Part shown: positions 54,043-64,000 of the stretch, piece by piece
How the letters are laid out: the number at the start of each line of letters is the position of its first letter
Position numbering within the stretch: position 1 is the first letter of the stretch
Source of the DNA: Klebsiella phage vB_KpnM_VPA32
Reading direction: 5' to 3' (one strand)
Sequence record: OP558005.1
Length of the DNA stretch: 64,000 nt
Translations under genes and position numbers: made by a program
Notes under the pieces: generated by a model
Database searches by the model: none
The model's input: only the letters and a program-made list of their open reading frames with translations
What the model was told of the DNA's origin: nothing

Positions 54043-55989
54043 ATGGCAACTACTGAACCCTTTAACTATCAATTAAAAAGAACCGCGAATGCGATTCCTG
54101 AAGTTTTCATCGGCGGCACGTTCCAAGAAATTAAAAAGAACTTCGTTGACTGGCTGCGTGGCCAAAATGAGTTTTTAGATTATGATTTCGAAGGTTCACG
54201 CATGAACGTACTGCTGGACCTCTTAGCATACAACACTCTTTACATTCAGCAATTCGGTAATAGTGCAGTGTATGAATCATTCATGCGTACTGCCAACCTC
54301 AGAAGCTCAGTTGTTCAAGCAGCTCAAGATAATGGATATCTTCCATCTTCTCGTTCAGCAGCTAAAACACAAATCATGCTGGAATGTACTCATGCATTGA
54401 ATGAAAACAGTTTAAGAATTCCTCGCGGAACAAGATTCCTTGCATACGCTCGAGACACAAGCGCTGACCCGTATCCATTCGTAACTACTGAAGACGTAAT
54501 TGCGTTAAAAGACCAAAACAACTTATATTTCCCTCGTGTTAAATTAGCACAAGGTCGTATTGTTCGCACTGAATTAAAATACAATAAGTTGAAACCAATT
54601 ATCATCAGGGACGAAAATATCGACCGTTCAGAGGTTCGTTTGTTCGTTGACGGTGCAGAATGGACTAACTGGACTTACAAGTCAATGGTACATGCTGGTT
54701 CTACATCAACAATTTATTACATGCGCGAAACTGTAGATGGTCACACTGAATTCTTCTTTGGAGAAGGTGAGCAATCTGTTTCCGTCGCTGGCGCAGCTTT
54801 AGAAGCTAACTACATCGGCGGGTTAAAACCTATTCAAGACCAAACTATCGTTATTGAATATATTCGTACTGATGGTGAACGAGCAAACGGTGCTACTGAA
54901 TTTTCTTATGCTGATACACTCCCGTATATAAGTGTACAGAAAATCTACGAAAACCCAGATGATTCTCCAGATTACGTTGGTGCTGATGGTGGTGGTGACC
55001 CTGAAGATATTGAACGTATTCGCGAACTTGGAACTATCAAAAGAGAAGCTCAAGCTCGTTGCGTAACCGCAACTGACTATGATACTTTCGTTTCAGAGCG
55101 TTTCGGTTCAATAGTTCAAGCTGTACAGACATTTACTGACCAATATAAGCCTGGCTATGCATTTATTGCAATTAAACCAAAATCTGGACTGTACTTAACT
55201 TCTGTTCAAAGAGAAGACATTCAGAACTATCTGAAGCCATTTAACTTGGCTACGATTACTCCATCTGTTATTTCTCCGAACTATTTGTTCTTGAAGCATA
55301 AAATTAAAGTTACTTATGCTTTAAACAAACTTCAAGAATCAGAGCAGTGGTTACATGGACAAATCATCGATAAAATTGATGAGTATTACACCAATGAAGT
55401 TGAAATTTTCAATGCTCAATTTGCTAAGTCAAGAATGTTGACTTATGTTGACAGAGCAGACCATTCAATTATCGGTTCATCTGCCGAAATTGAAATGATT
55501 CGTGAAGTTCAAAACTTCTTTGAAACTCCATCTTCAGGTATTAAATACTATAACCAGATTACTCCACGCAGTTTAAAATCAAGCGAATTCAAATTCATTA
55601 AAGGCTCTTCATCTTACATGGTACGTTTAGCTGGTACTGTCGGTGATGGCAAAAAAGGTAAAATTGTTCTTGGGCCATTTAAAGCCGGAGATTTAGCAGC
55701 TACTCCAGCCGCTCCAATTTATACCGGTAGTGATTTTGAAAAGCTTCCAGTAACTGATGGAAGAAATACATATTTCGTTGTTGGTGAAGTAGATTATCCA
55801 TCTGATTATATCTATTGGAATATCGCAGCTCTTAATATTAACTCAAGTTTATTTGACGTTCAATCAATTGAGCTTTATTCTTCACCAAAAGAAAACAACA
55901 TTTTCACTAAAGATGGTTCATTGATTGTATTTGAGAATGATCTTCGTCCTCAATACACGACCATCACATTGGAGCCTATTGCACAATGA
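54043..55989 (+). CDS. 6: baseplate wedge gp6
   Basis: 648 aa at T4 gene 6 position. Confidence 0.85.
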   Translation: MATTEPFNYQLKRTANAIPEVFIGGTFQEIKKNFVDWLRGQNEFLDYDFEGSRMNVLLDLLAYNTLYIQQFGNSAVYESFMRTANLRSSVVQAAQDNGYLPSSRSAAKTQIMLECTHALNENSLRIPRGTRFLAYARDTSADPYPFVTTEDVIALKDQNNLYFPRVKLAQGRIVRTELKYNKLKPIIIRDENIDRSEVRLFVDGAEWTNWTYKSMVHAGSTSTIYYMRETVDGHTEFFFGEGEQSVSVAGAALEANYIGGLKPIQDQTIVIEYIRTDGERANGATEFSYADTLPYISVQKIYENPDDSPDYVGADGGGDPEDIERIRELGTIKREAQARCVTATDYDTFVSERFGSIVQAVQTFTDQYKPGYAFIAIKPKSGLYLTSVQREDIQNYLKPFNLATITPSVISPNYLFLKHKIKVTYALNKLQESEQWLHGQIIDKIDEYYTNEVEIFNAQFAKSRMLTYVDRADHSIIGSSAEIEMIREVQNFFETPSSGIKYYNQITPRSLKSSEFKFIKGSSSYMVRLAGTVGDGKKGKIVLGPFKAGDLAATPAAPIYTGSDFEKLPVTDGRNTYFVVGEVDYPSDYIYWNIAALNINSSLFDVQSIELYSSPKENNIFTKDGSLIVFENDLRPQYTTITLEPIAQ

Positions 55990-58900
55990 CTGTAAAAGCA
56001 CCTTCTGTTACAAGTCTCAGAATAACAAAACTATCTGCAAACCAAGTTCAAATTAAGTGGGATGACGTTGGTGCTAACTTCTTCTATTTTGTTGAACTTG
56101 CAGAGACTCGTAACCAAAACGGGGAGATTATACTCCCCGAAAATTATCAATGGAGAAATTTAGGCTATACTGCTGAAAATGAATTTTTCGAAGACAACTA
56201 CATTCGCCCATTGAGTTATTATGTTATGCGAGTGGCTGTGGCCGCTGAAGGATTCGAGCAATCAAATTGGAAAATGACTGAAGAATTTCAGTCATTCGAA
56301 ACGAACGTCTATACGTTTGAAATGATGCGTCAGATGACTTTATCTAAGCAGTTCATTGAAGAAAAATTCACTAAAGATAACGAAGATTTTGTGAATTTTA
56401 ACCGTGATACTATCATGGCATCTTTGATGGATGAAACATTCCAATTTTCTCCTGAATATCGCACGGCTTCTTCTGTTAACAATTTTATTCTTAAAGAAGA
56501 TGAATACCATGAAATTCAAGGCGACATAGCTAAAATCTGTAAAGATAAAGAGCGTGTAATGCTTATGGAATCTGAGGGAGTTCTTTATCTCTTTGAAAGA
56601 TTTCAGAATATCGTTAAAGTATCAAACGATAAAGGACAGACTTGGAAGGCCGTACGATTACTCAATGATCGCGTAGGGAACCCAGTATCAAAAAATGTAT
56701 ATTACCAAACACGGAACACTACGTATCTCCTGGGATACGACAGGGTCTTCTACGGCCGTAAGAGTAATGACATTCGTTGGTCAGCTGATGACGTAAAATT
56801 TAGTTCACAGGATGTTACGTTTGCTAAAATTGGTGACCAGCTTAAACTAGGATTTGATGTAGAAATTTTTGGTACTTATGCTCGGCTTCCATTAGCAGTT
56901 CAGAAATATGCTGAAGCTATCACAGCAACAGATAGTATGATTTATGTTGCTGGTCGTGATGTTGTTTACAGAGCTAAGACTAGAAATGCTCCTATCGACC
57001 AAGACCCATTATCACCTACGTTTGGTGAAAAACTGTTCGATAATTGGACTTCAAGAATCACTGGTAATTCAAAAGCAGTTTGTCATAACTTAGTTTCCGT
57101 AGACGGCGTAACTTTAGCATTAATCACTGGTGAAGTTAGAAACGAATTAGACGATCGTACTATTCCAGATAATGTTATCGATTCAGAATCTAAAGGTGTT
57201 TATCTTTTAGAAGGGGATAACTGGGTAAGAGTCTTTGGAAACACCGCAGAAGAACGTAGACGTATAGAGCATGGTTATACTTCAATGTCTACTAATGGAA
57301 CAGATATTTTCTTCAGTTCAAGTAACTTTAAGTTTCTGGACTCTAATGTGGTACCAGACCCAGAAACAACTGCAAAATATGGTCTTTTAGGCGCTGTTAA
57401 GTATGAATTCACAAGAGAATGGTTGTCTGACAAACATTATCATATGATGAGTTTCAGAACCAATTCTAAGAGCGGATTTAAAACTTTTGTTCCAGGCGCG
57501 ATGAATTACTACGCTGAACCATTCTTTAACTGGTCTCGTAAATCAAAAACTCGTTGCTGGATTGACACATCATACAGAATTGCGGTTGTTTATTCTGATA
57601 TCACTCACTCTAAAGTCATTGATATTAATGGCTCGGGTTCTCCTGACCGAGTGTTGCACGAATACTGGGATAAAGGCACTTGTACAGTAACAAGTCCTAA
57701 CATTCAGTTTGACAATTTCACAAAATATGCTTCTGGTATTTTATTCCACAAAATGTCAGGTGAAATCATTTCATACTTCGAATTTGATTATCGAGTTCGT
57801 GATGAAGTGTCTATCATATGGAAACCATCTGAAATTTTCTTAAAAGCATATCTTCAGAACCAAGAAAGAGTTGTTCCTTGGACTCCAGACAATCGTGACG
57901 GACTTAAAGACCCTGATTTGCGTCCATTGCTGAATACAATGATGCCAGATAGCTATTTGCTTGAAGAAAGTAATTTCGAAGCTTTCTGTGAAGCTTATAT
58001 TCAGTATCTGTCAGATGGATATGGAACACAGTACAACAATCTATTAAATCTCATTCGTAACAAATATCCTCGTGAAAAAGATGCTTGGGAATATTTGTGG
58101 TCTGAAGTTTATAAGCGCAATATCTATTTGAACCCAGATAAACGAGATGCTGTCTCAAGATTCTTTGAAGCTCGTAAGTCTGATTTTTATTCAACTAAAG
58201 GTATTGAAGCTTCTTATCAATTCTTGTTCAAATTGTTATACAATGAAAACGTTGAAATTGAAATTGAATCAAATCCTGGAACAGAATACGATATTATCAT
58301 TGAATCTGATTCAGTGAATGACGATTTAGTTGGTCATACAATTTATACAGCGACCGGGCGTACAAACGTTACTTATGTTGAACGCCACTATAATGAAGGT
58401 CGTTTGCAATGGCGAATCACAATTCACAACCTTTTAGGTCGTTTAATTGTGGGCCAAGAGATTAAAGCGGAGCGCATGCCCGGATTTAGTGGAACAATTG
58501 TCCAAGGCGTTCGTGGTAAAGAATTGGTTGAAAACACCATCGAGTATATCAACCGTAACCGTTCTTACTATGTGATGAAAATTAAATCAAATCTTCCTAC
58601 GTCAAGATACAGAAATGATGTTTTAAGATTTGTTCATCCAGTTGGTTTTGGATTTATTGGTATCACGTTATTGACTATGTTCATTAACGTTGGTTTGACC
58701 CTTAAACACGTTCAAACTATAATCAATAAATACAAAAACTACAAATGGGATGCAGGACTTCCACTTATTTGGCCTGACCGAGTAGCTCAATTAGATTCAA
58801 ATGGAAATATCGAGCATAACGATGTTACTGGAGAGGCTCTTTATTTACCTCATCCAAGAGCAAACGAAGACTTTGATATTCCTGACGACTATGATGCTGA

Positions 58901-59084
58901 AAACAATAACTCAGTAATAGCTGGTCAGCTTCCATCGGAAAGACGAAAACCAATGAGCCCTACATTCGACCAAAGTGCAGTAACATTCTCCAATTGGAGA
59001 GATTTGGTTAATTCAAGACTTATTGATAAAGTTAATATCCCTCGTGACCCGGCTAATCCAACACAGGTTAAGATTAATGAATGA
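55986..59084 (+). CDS. 7: baseplate wedge initiator gp7
   Basis: 1032 aa; N-terminus MTVKAPSVTSLRITKLSANQVQIKWDDVGANFFYFVELAETRN matches T4 gp7. Confidence 0.9.
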   Translation: MTVKAPSVTSLRITKLSANQVQIKWDDVGANFFYFVELAETRNQNGEIILPENYQWRNLGYTAENEFFEDNYIRPLSYYVMRVAVAAEGFEQSNWKMTEEFQSFETNVYTFEMMRQMTLSKQFIEEKFTKDNEDFVNFNRDTIMASLMDETFQFSPEYRTASSVNNFILKEDEYHEIQGDIAKICKDKERVMLMESEGVLYLFERFQNIVKVSNDKGQTWKAVRLLNDRVGNPVSKNVYYQTRNTTYLLGYDRVFYGRKSNDIRWSADDVKFSSQDVTFAKIGDQLKLGFDVEIFGTYARLPLAVQKYAEAITATDSMIYVAGRDVVYRAKTRNAPIDQDPLSPTFGEKLFDNWTSRITGNSKAVCHNLVSVDGVTLALITGEVRNELDDRTIPDNVIDSESKGVYLLEGDNWVRVFGNTAEERRRIEHGYTSMSTNGTDIFFSSSNFKFLDSNVVPDPETTAKYGLLGAVKYEFTREWLSDKHYHMMSFRTNSKSGFKTFVPGAMNYYAEPFFNWSRKSKTRCWIDTSYRIAVVYSDITHSKVIDINGSGSPDRVLHEYWDKGTCTVTSPNIQFDNFTKYASGILFHKMSGEIISYFEFDYRVRDEVSIIWKPSEIFLKAYLQNQERVVPWTPDNRDGLKDPDLRPLLNTMMPDSYLLEESNFEAFCEAYIQYLSDGYGTQYNNLLNLIRNKYPREKDAWEYLWSEVYKRNIYLNPDKRDAVSRFFEARKSDFYSTKGIEASYQFLFKLLYNENVEIEIESNPGTEYDIIIESDSVNDDLVGHTIYTATGRTNVTYVERHYNEGRLQWRITIHNLLGRLIVGQEIKAERMPGFSGTIVQGVRGKELVENTIEYINRNRSYYVMKIKSNLPTSRYRNDVLRFVHPVGFGFIGITLLTMFINVGLTLKHVQTIINKYKNYKWDAGLPLIWPDRVAQLDSNGNIEHNDVTGEALYLPHPRANEDFDIPDDYDAENNNSVIAGQLPSERRKPMSPTFDQSAVTFSNWRDLVNSRLIDKVNIPRDPANPTQVKINE

Positions 59085-60087
59085 TTCAAGCGTAATCTAT
59101 CGTTCCATAGTGACTTCAAAATTCCGTACTGAAAAGATGCTGAATTTTTATGAGTCAATTGGTGATGGCGATAATCAAAACACAATTTACATCACATTCG
59201 GACGAAGTGAACCTTGGTCAGATAACGAATCGGAGGTGGGGTTCGCCCCACCATATCCAGTAGATAATACACAAGGTGTTGAAGATATGTGGACTCATAT
59301 GATGGGTTCAGTAAAAGTAATGCCTTCTATGCTGGACGCAATTATTCCCCGTAAAGATTGGGGAGATATTCGTTATCCAAACCCAAGAAACTTTGCAATT
59401 GGTGAAATTGTTGTTGTAAACAGTGCTCCATATAACGCCACAGAAGTAGGTAGTGGCTGGTTGGTATATCGTTGTATTGATATTCCTGATGCAGGCACAT
59501 GCTCAATTAATACTATCAAAAATAAAGAAGAGTGTATTAAGCTCGGTGGTAAATGGACTTCTTCTGTTCAATCAGCATTTCCTCCAAGAGGACGTGGCGA
59601 TGCAATAAACGATAATAAGATTGATATGAAAGACGGATATCTTTGGGAATATCTTTATGAGATTCCACCTGATGTTTCTATCAACCGTTGCACAAACGAA
59701 TATATTGTCGTTCCTTGGCCTGATGAAGTTAAAGAAGACCCAGAACGTTGGGGTTACAACAATAACTTGGAATGGGAACATGACGCATATGGAATTATCT
59801 ATCGCGTAAAAGCATATACTATTCGATTTAAAGCATATTTCGATTCAGTATATTTCCCAGAAGCAGCTTTACCTGGTAACAAAGGCTTCCGTCAAATTTC
59901 AGTTATTACTAATCCATTAGAAGCTAAAAAGATACCTTCTGAGCCAAATAAAAAGGCTAAGAATTTATGGTACAACCCTATTGATTTAAGCCGTCATTCC
60001 GGTGAAATGATTTACATGGAAAATAGGCCTCCTATCATTATGGCTATGGACCAAACCGAAGAAATTAACATCATCTTCGAATTCTAA
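59077..60087 (+). CDS. 8: baseplate wedge gp8
   Basis: MNDSSVIYRSIVTSKFRTEKMLNFY... matches the T4 gp8 N-terminus; start chosen at ATG 59077, overlapping the gene 7 stop. Confidence 0.9.
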   Translation: MNDSSVIYRSIVTSKFRTEKMLNFYESIGDGDNQNTIYITFGRSEPWSDNESEVGFAPPYPVDNTQGVEDMWTHMMGSVKVMPSMLDAIIPRKDWGDIRYPNPRNFAIGEIVVVNSAPYNATEVGSGWLVYRCIDIPDAGTCSINTIKNKEECIKLGGKWTSSVQSAFPPRGRGDAINDNKIDMKDGYLWEYLYEIPPDVSINRCTNEYIVVPWPDEVKEDPERWGYNNNLEWEHDAYGIIYRVKAYTIRFKAYFDSVYFPEAALPGNKGFRQISVITNPLEAKKIPSEPNKKAKNLWYNPIDLSRHSGEMIYMENRPPIIMAMDQTEEINIIFEF

Positions 60088-60090
60088 TGC

Positions 60091-60115
60091 GGGAGCCTGA
60101 GGGCTCCCATTTTTG
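60091..60115 (+). terminator. rho-independent terminator after gene 8
   Basis: gggagcc-tga-gggctccc followed by ATTTTT. Confidence 0.6.
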
Positions 60116-60123
60116 TATAAATA
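60116..60123 (+). promoter_or_regulatory. late promoter TATAAATA for gene 9
   Basis: exact TATAAATA 25 nt upstream of ATG 60148. Confidence 0.6.
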
Positions 60124-60147
60124 GCATATATCAATAGAGGACTTATT

Positions 60148-61056
60148 ATGTTCGAACAAGAAGCAAAACAACTAATTGACGTCGGTGAAATTGGTAACGC
60201 ATCGACCGGTGATATTTTGTTCGATGGCGGTAACAAAATTAATAACAACTTCAATGGCATTTATAATGCATTTGGTGACCAAAGAAAAATGGCCTTAGAC
60301 AATGGCCAAGGTTCTGGAGTTGGACAAGTAATTCATGCTACCGGCTATTGGCAGAAATCAAATGACCCACTGGAATTTACTACTCCAGTACCAAACGGCT
60401 CGCAATATGACATTGACACTTCAGGAGGAGCTGTACAAGTTACTTTAAGTAAAGGTGTTCGTGGAGAAGCAGTATTTTTCTGCAACAGCAATGGCTCATT
60501 CTCTCCAACTAACCCATTAACTATTGATGCAAACGACACATTTGCAACTGTAACAGGTTCATTAAGAATTACGTCTCCTTACGTATTTGTAAAATGCTGG
60601 TGTATTTCTGACGAAGGCGGCCGTTCCGTTTGGGATTATTCAGTAGAAAGTATGTTTGGTGAAAAACATATTCCAACTGATGGCACTTGGCAATTAGGAG
60701 CTGTTGGTACTTCTGTAGATATTCCGTTGTTCCATAATACTGAATTTACTATAGCGAAGTATCTTATTACTGCGGAAACCAGCAATGGTTCAAAAGCCAA
60801 AAGTTGCGAAATAAATATTCACATAGACAGAATTAAGAGAGAAGTTAATAGTGTAGAATATGCAGTAATTCGAATTGGAGCAGTTGACACTCCAGCTACT
60901 TCTACAACTCCTGAAGTGATAGACAAAATTTTCGTTCCGTCATTTTCTATTAACCCTACCACAGGATATGTAGTCCTGACATTAACGCCAGGAGTCGCTG
61001 GTTTGAGAGCGGCAGTTAAAGCTATCGCTACACAGAAAATTGGGAATCCAAGATGA
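60148..61056 (+). CDS. 9: baseplate long-tail-fibre socket gp9
   Basis: KQLIDVGEIGNASTGDILFDGGNKIN..FN.IYNAFGDQRKMA matches T4 gp9. Confidence 0.85.
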   Translation: MFEQEAKQLIDVGEIGNASTGDILFDGGNKINNNFNGIYNAFGDQRKMALDNGQGSGVGQVIHATGYWQKSNDPLEFTTPVPNGSQYDIDTSGGAVQVTLSKGVRGEAVFFCNSNGSFSPTNPLTIDANDTFATVTGSLRITSPYVFVKCWCISDEGGRSVWDYSVESMFGEKHIPTDGTWQLGAVGTSVDIPLFHNTEFTIAKYLITAETSNGSKAKSCEINIHIDRIKREVNSVEYAVIRIGAVDTPATSTTPEVIDKIFVPSFSINPTTGYVVLTLTPGVAGLRAAVKAIATQKIGNPR

Positions 61057-62861
61057 AGCAAGATATTAAAATTGGTCAAGCTGTTGATGACGGCTCCGGC
61101 GACTACCTGCGTAAGGGTGGTCAAAAAATTAATGATAACTTTGATGAGTTGTATTACGAGCTTGGCGATGGAGATGTTCCATTTGCTGCTGGTGCATGGA
61201 AAAACCACAAGACCTCTACAGCAGCTACATTAAACGCTGAATGGGGTAAAGCTTATGTGCTTGATACTTCAACTGGCCGTTTAAATGTGCGTCTTCCTAA
61301 AGGTACTGCGAATGATTATAATAAAGTCATTCGTTTACGAGACGTTTATGCAACTTGGCAAGTTAACCCTATAACTATTATTCCTGGTTCAGGAGATACT
61401 TTAAAGGGTGATTCTCGTCCAAGAGAAATTCGCACTCAATTCGCTGACTTGGAAATGGTGTATTGCCCTCCAGGTCGTTGGGAATATGTTGAAAATAAGC
61501 AAATCAACAGAATTTCAAATAGCGAATTGAGTACAGTAGTTCGTAAAGAGTTTTTAGTTAAAACTAACGGACAAACTGATTTCCCTGATGTATTCAGTGG
61601 AACAGAATACAACATTGGAAATACCCAAGTATTCCATCGTGGTAACATTCTGTATTACGGTGAGAAATTCAGTGCAACTGATTCTGATTTTGGTTCAATT
61701 GGACCAAATGGAACAAGAGTTGCTCTTGATGGTAAAAGCATTAAGCTGAAAAACCCGGCTAATGCAGGTGATACTGTAATTGTAGTATCTTACTTAGATG
61801 GTATTTCTCAATTCCGTAGTTCTTATAATAGACGATCAGTCACTTTGAGAGATTCATCTAAAACTAACCAGACATCTATTGAAGGTTCATTGTTAGTTGA
61901 CGATTTAAAAACTCTTAGATATTTCCCATTAAGTGCATTTGGTATTGATAGTTTCTCTCCTGTAAACCATCAATCTATGGAAGTTCGTTTTAATGGAATA
62001 CTTCAGAACGAAGCTGGTACTGCAGGTCTTCCATTAGCTCGTTGTATTGATGCTATTGCAGATGACGCATTTACATGTCAGGCTCTTGGCGGAACTTGGC
62101 AAAACAGTAAACTTGACTATGTTCTTGATATCGATGACAATAATAAATTGATTGGTATCGAAACAGACCGTGAAATGGAAGATGGTGACATTATTACTTT
62201 AACTTGGTACAACAACCAAATTGGTACAGTAATGGAGCTTGAAGACATTCTTAATGAAACTGACGCAAAATATGTATCTAAAGGCGAAGTTCTCAATCTC
62301 ACTGGTCAAGTACGTATTACTAACCAAAACAAACCAGGTTGGCCTAATGTTGCTCCTGAACCAGCTGCTGCTGTTGAAGTAAATAATGTTCAAAACTTAT
62401 TTGATTTGGTTTATCCGATTGGAACAATTTACGAAAACGCAGTAAACCCTAATAACCCAGCAACATATATGGGATTTGGTACTTGGGTTCTGTGGGGACA
62501 AGGTAAAGTTGTTGCTGGCTGGAATAACGATACAACCGACCCTAATTTCGCAATGAACAATAACGATTTGGATGTAAATGGTAATCCAAGTCATACTGCT
62601 GGTGGAACTGGTGGTGTAATTAGCAATGAATTAGAAAATGCTCAAATTCCTGCTTCTCAAACAACCGAAAAAGTTTTAGTAGTTGACCCTAACGGACCTA
62701 TTGTCGTCGGCGGATGTCAATTTGACCCGAATGAACAAGGGCCGGCTTATACTAAATATCGTGAATCGGTTGCTAACATCAACCCGACTCACACACCTCC
62801 AAAATCAGTAACTAATATTCAGCCATATGTTACCGCATATCGTTGGTTAAGGGTTTCTTAA
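61053..62861 (+). CDS. 10: baseplate wedge/short-fibre attachment gp10
   Basis: 602 aa, same length as T4 gp10. Confidence 0.85.
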   Translation: MKQDIKIGQAVDDGSGDYLRKGGQKINDNFDELYYELGDGDVPFAAGAWKNHKTSTAATLNAEWGKAYVLDTSTGRLNVRLPKGTANDYNKVIRLRDVYATWQVNPITIIPGSGDTLKGDSRPREIRTQFADLEMVYCPPGRWEYVENKQINRISNSELSTVVRKEFLVKTNGQTDFPDVFSGTEYNIGNTQVFHRGNILYYGEKFSATDSDFGSIGPNGTRVALDGKSIKLKNPANAGDTVIVVSYLDGISQFRSSYNRRSVTLRDSSKTNQTSIEGSLLVDDLKTLRYFPLSAFGIDSFSPVNHQSMEVRFNGILQNEAGTAGLPLARCIDAIADDAFTCQALGGTWQNSKLDYVLDIDDNNKLIGIETDREMEDGDIITLTWYNNQIGTVMELEDILNETDAKYVSKGEVLNLTGQVRITNQNKPGWPNVAPEPAAAVEVNNVQNLFDLVYPIGTIYENAVNPNNPATYMGFGTWVLWGQGKVVAGWNNDTTDPNFAMNNNDLDVNGNPSHTAGGTGGVISNELENAQIPASQTTEKVLVVDPNGPIVVGGCQFDPNEQGPAYTKYRESVANINPTHTPPKSVTNIQPYVTAYRWLRVS

Positions 62862-63523
62862 TGATTAGTGTATCTTCTTCAAAGGCGGGACTTAAGTCCC
62901 GCAATGCAGATTTCTTGCAATATGAAATCGCCCCAGGCAGTATTGATGTTATGAATACTCAGCCAATTGGGTCAAATACGATTTCACAAAAATATAAAGG
63001 TGTTGATTTTCCAAATGTTCAATCAGCGATAGAAGATGTTCGTGGATTCGCTATTCTTCCAATTGGAACAATTGTAATTAACGATACTGGCGTTTCTCCT
63101 GAAGGTATTCAACAAATTGATGATTGGACTTTTACCGGAACAGTAGCAGTTGATGGAAAATCTGAAGGTGAATCAGTTTTAGTTGATGTATACGGATTTA
63201 TGGTTCCGGCTTTAATTGGTGACACTGACACTGAATTTGCCGCGAAAGTTAAATTGGTTCTTGAGGACGCTATTACTGCTGGAGATGTAATTTCTTCAGT
63301 TGAAGTATCTACATCTGCCGGTAATATTTTAAATGTTAAATATATCGACAACCAAGAACATATTCTTCCCTCATATTCTTCATGTGGAGTTTCCATCTCT
63401 GCTTCAATCCAGTCTCCTTCTAAGGTTGGTTATGGGTCATGGGATTTAATCGGTCGTCAATCATTAACTTTCGATGGAGCTACTTCACCGACAGTTTTAC
63501 AATACTTTAAGAGAATGGGTTAA
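62861..63523 (+). CDS. 11: baseplate wedge gp11
   Basis: 220 aa from ATG overlapping the gene 10 stop (taATG); ORF track extends upstream via a TTG. Confidence 0.85.
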   Translation: MISVSSSKAGLKSRNADFLQYEIAPGSIDVMNTQPIGSNTISQKYKGVDFPNVQSAIEDVRGFAILPIGTIVINDTGVSPEGIQQIDDWTFTGTVAVDGKSEGESVLVDVYGFMVPALIGDTDTEFAAKVKLVLEDAITAGDVISSVEVSTSAGNILNVKYIDNQEHILPSYSSCGVSISASIQSPSKVGYGSWDLIGRQSLTFDGATSPTVLQYFKRMG

Positions 63524-64000
63524 TGGCTACTAATACTCTAAACCATATAAGTGACGAATCAAAATATAAAACGTTTAACCCGGCTGGAACTAGTTTTCCA
63601 GCCAACATAACAAACGTTCAATCGGCATTAGCCGCATTAAAGCCAATAGCAGTTAATGGCGTCCCTGACGCAACTGAAACTGTTAAAGGGATAATTCGCA
63701 TTGCTACCCAACAAGAAGTTAATGATGGTGATTCAGCTAATACTGTAGTTACTCCAAAAACTTTAAAAGAACGTCTTGGTAATCCACAAGCTTCTACTAC
63801 AGTAATTGGCTTAACTCGATATGCTACTACAGCTGAAGCTACTGCAGGGTCTATTGGCAATGCTGCTGTTGTTCCAACAGGGTTAAAAGCTTCAATTGAT
63901 AATGCGTTTGCTACTCGTATTTCTAAAGAGTCAGTTTTAGGTGTAATTAAAATTGCCACAATTGGAATGGCTGAAGCTGGTACTGATGATACCTCGGCAA
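63523..64000 (+). CDS. 12: short tail fibre gp12 (5' part, runs off window)
   Basis: MATNTLNHISDESKYKTFNP...VNGVPDATETVKGIIRIATQQEV parallels the T4 gp12 N-terminus. Confidence 0.8.
   Translation, partial: MATNTLNHISDESKYKTFNPAGTSFPANITNVQSALAALKPIAVNGVPDATETVKGIIRIATQQEVNDGDSANTVVTPKTLKERLGNPQASTTVIGLTRYATTAEATAGSIGNAAVVPTGLKASIDNAFATRISKESVLGVIKIATIGMAEAGTDDTSA

Noticed and set aside
59023-59076. Upstream extension of gene 8 (ORF track start 59023)
   Set aside because: The T4-like N-terminus MNDSSVIYR begins at ATG 59077. The extension would overlap 62 nt of gene 7 and has no RBS.
62843-62860. TTG-initiated extension of gene 11
   Set aside because: An ATG at 62861 overlapping the gene 10 stop (taATG) gives the T4-length protein. 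The TTG start is unnecessary.

Overview
This window is a contiguous stretch of a T4-like (Tevenvirinae) myovirus genome. It runs from the 5' part of gene 44 to the start of gene 12. I identified genes by recognisable protein similarity to T4 in the supplied translations and by T4 gene order, not by any database search. The sequence is T4-like but clearly not T4 itself.

Minus strand, 1-50.9 kb (early and middle genes):
- replication and recombination: clamp loader gp44 (partial), sliding clamp gp45, rpbA-like, gp46/gp47 recombination nuclease
- late sigma factor gp55
- anaerobic nucleotide reduction: nrdH, nrdG, and an uninterrupted nrdD with no intron or I-TevIII
- endonuclease VII (gp49) and nrdC
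- a roughly 14 kb accessory block of small ORFs, ending in rI and tk
- regB, lysozyme e, nudE
- an expanded block of e.x-like small membrane ORFs
- a 4.9 kb tRNA cluster with 20 predicted tRNAs, where T4 has 8; it also holds embedded ORFs and several tRNA-like or hairpin spacers
- 57B (Acb1), 57A, gp1, gp3, gp2, gp4

Plus strand, 50.9-64 kb (late baseplate operon):
- gp53, gp5, gp5.1, gp5.4 (PAAR), gp6, gp7, gp8, gp9, gp10, gp11, and gp12 (partial)

No alpha-gt, denV, ipII or segB equivalents are visible at their T4 positions.

Regulatory signals are T4-like:
- many minus-strand early promoters (GTTTAC -35 box plus TGnTAtaAT-like -10)
- TATAAATA late promoters, including a divergent pair between genes 4 and 53
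- numerous hairpin terminators

Most notable observations:
- a near-complete phage tRNA set, including two type-II-like tRNAs with Cys and Asn anticodon arms
- tRNA-like stable-RNA candidates
- candidate ADP-ribosylation counter-defence genes: a NADAR-domain ORF inside the tRNA cluster and a macrodomain ORF beside tk
- a PspA/IM30-like coiled-coil protein
- three capsid-targeting-sequence internal-protein genes
- a tandem family of small membrane proteins
- a Pol-beta-type nucleotidyltransferase
- exact intergenic repeats associated with early promoters

All homology statements rest on motif and alignment recognition by eye and need confirmation by search.
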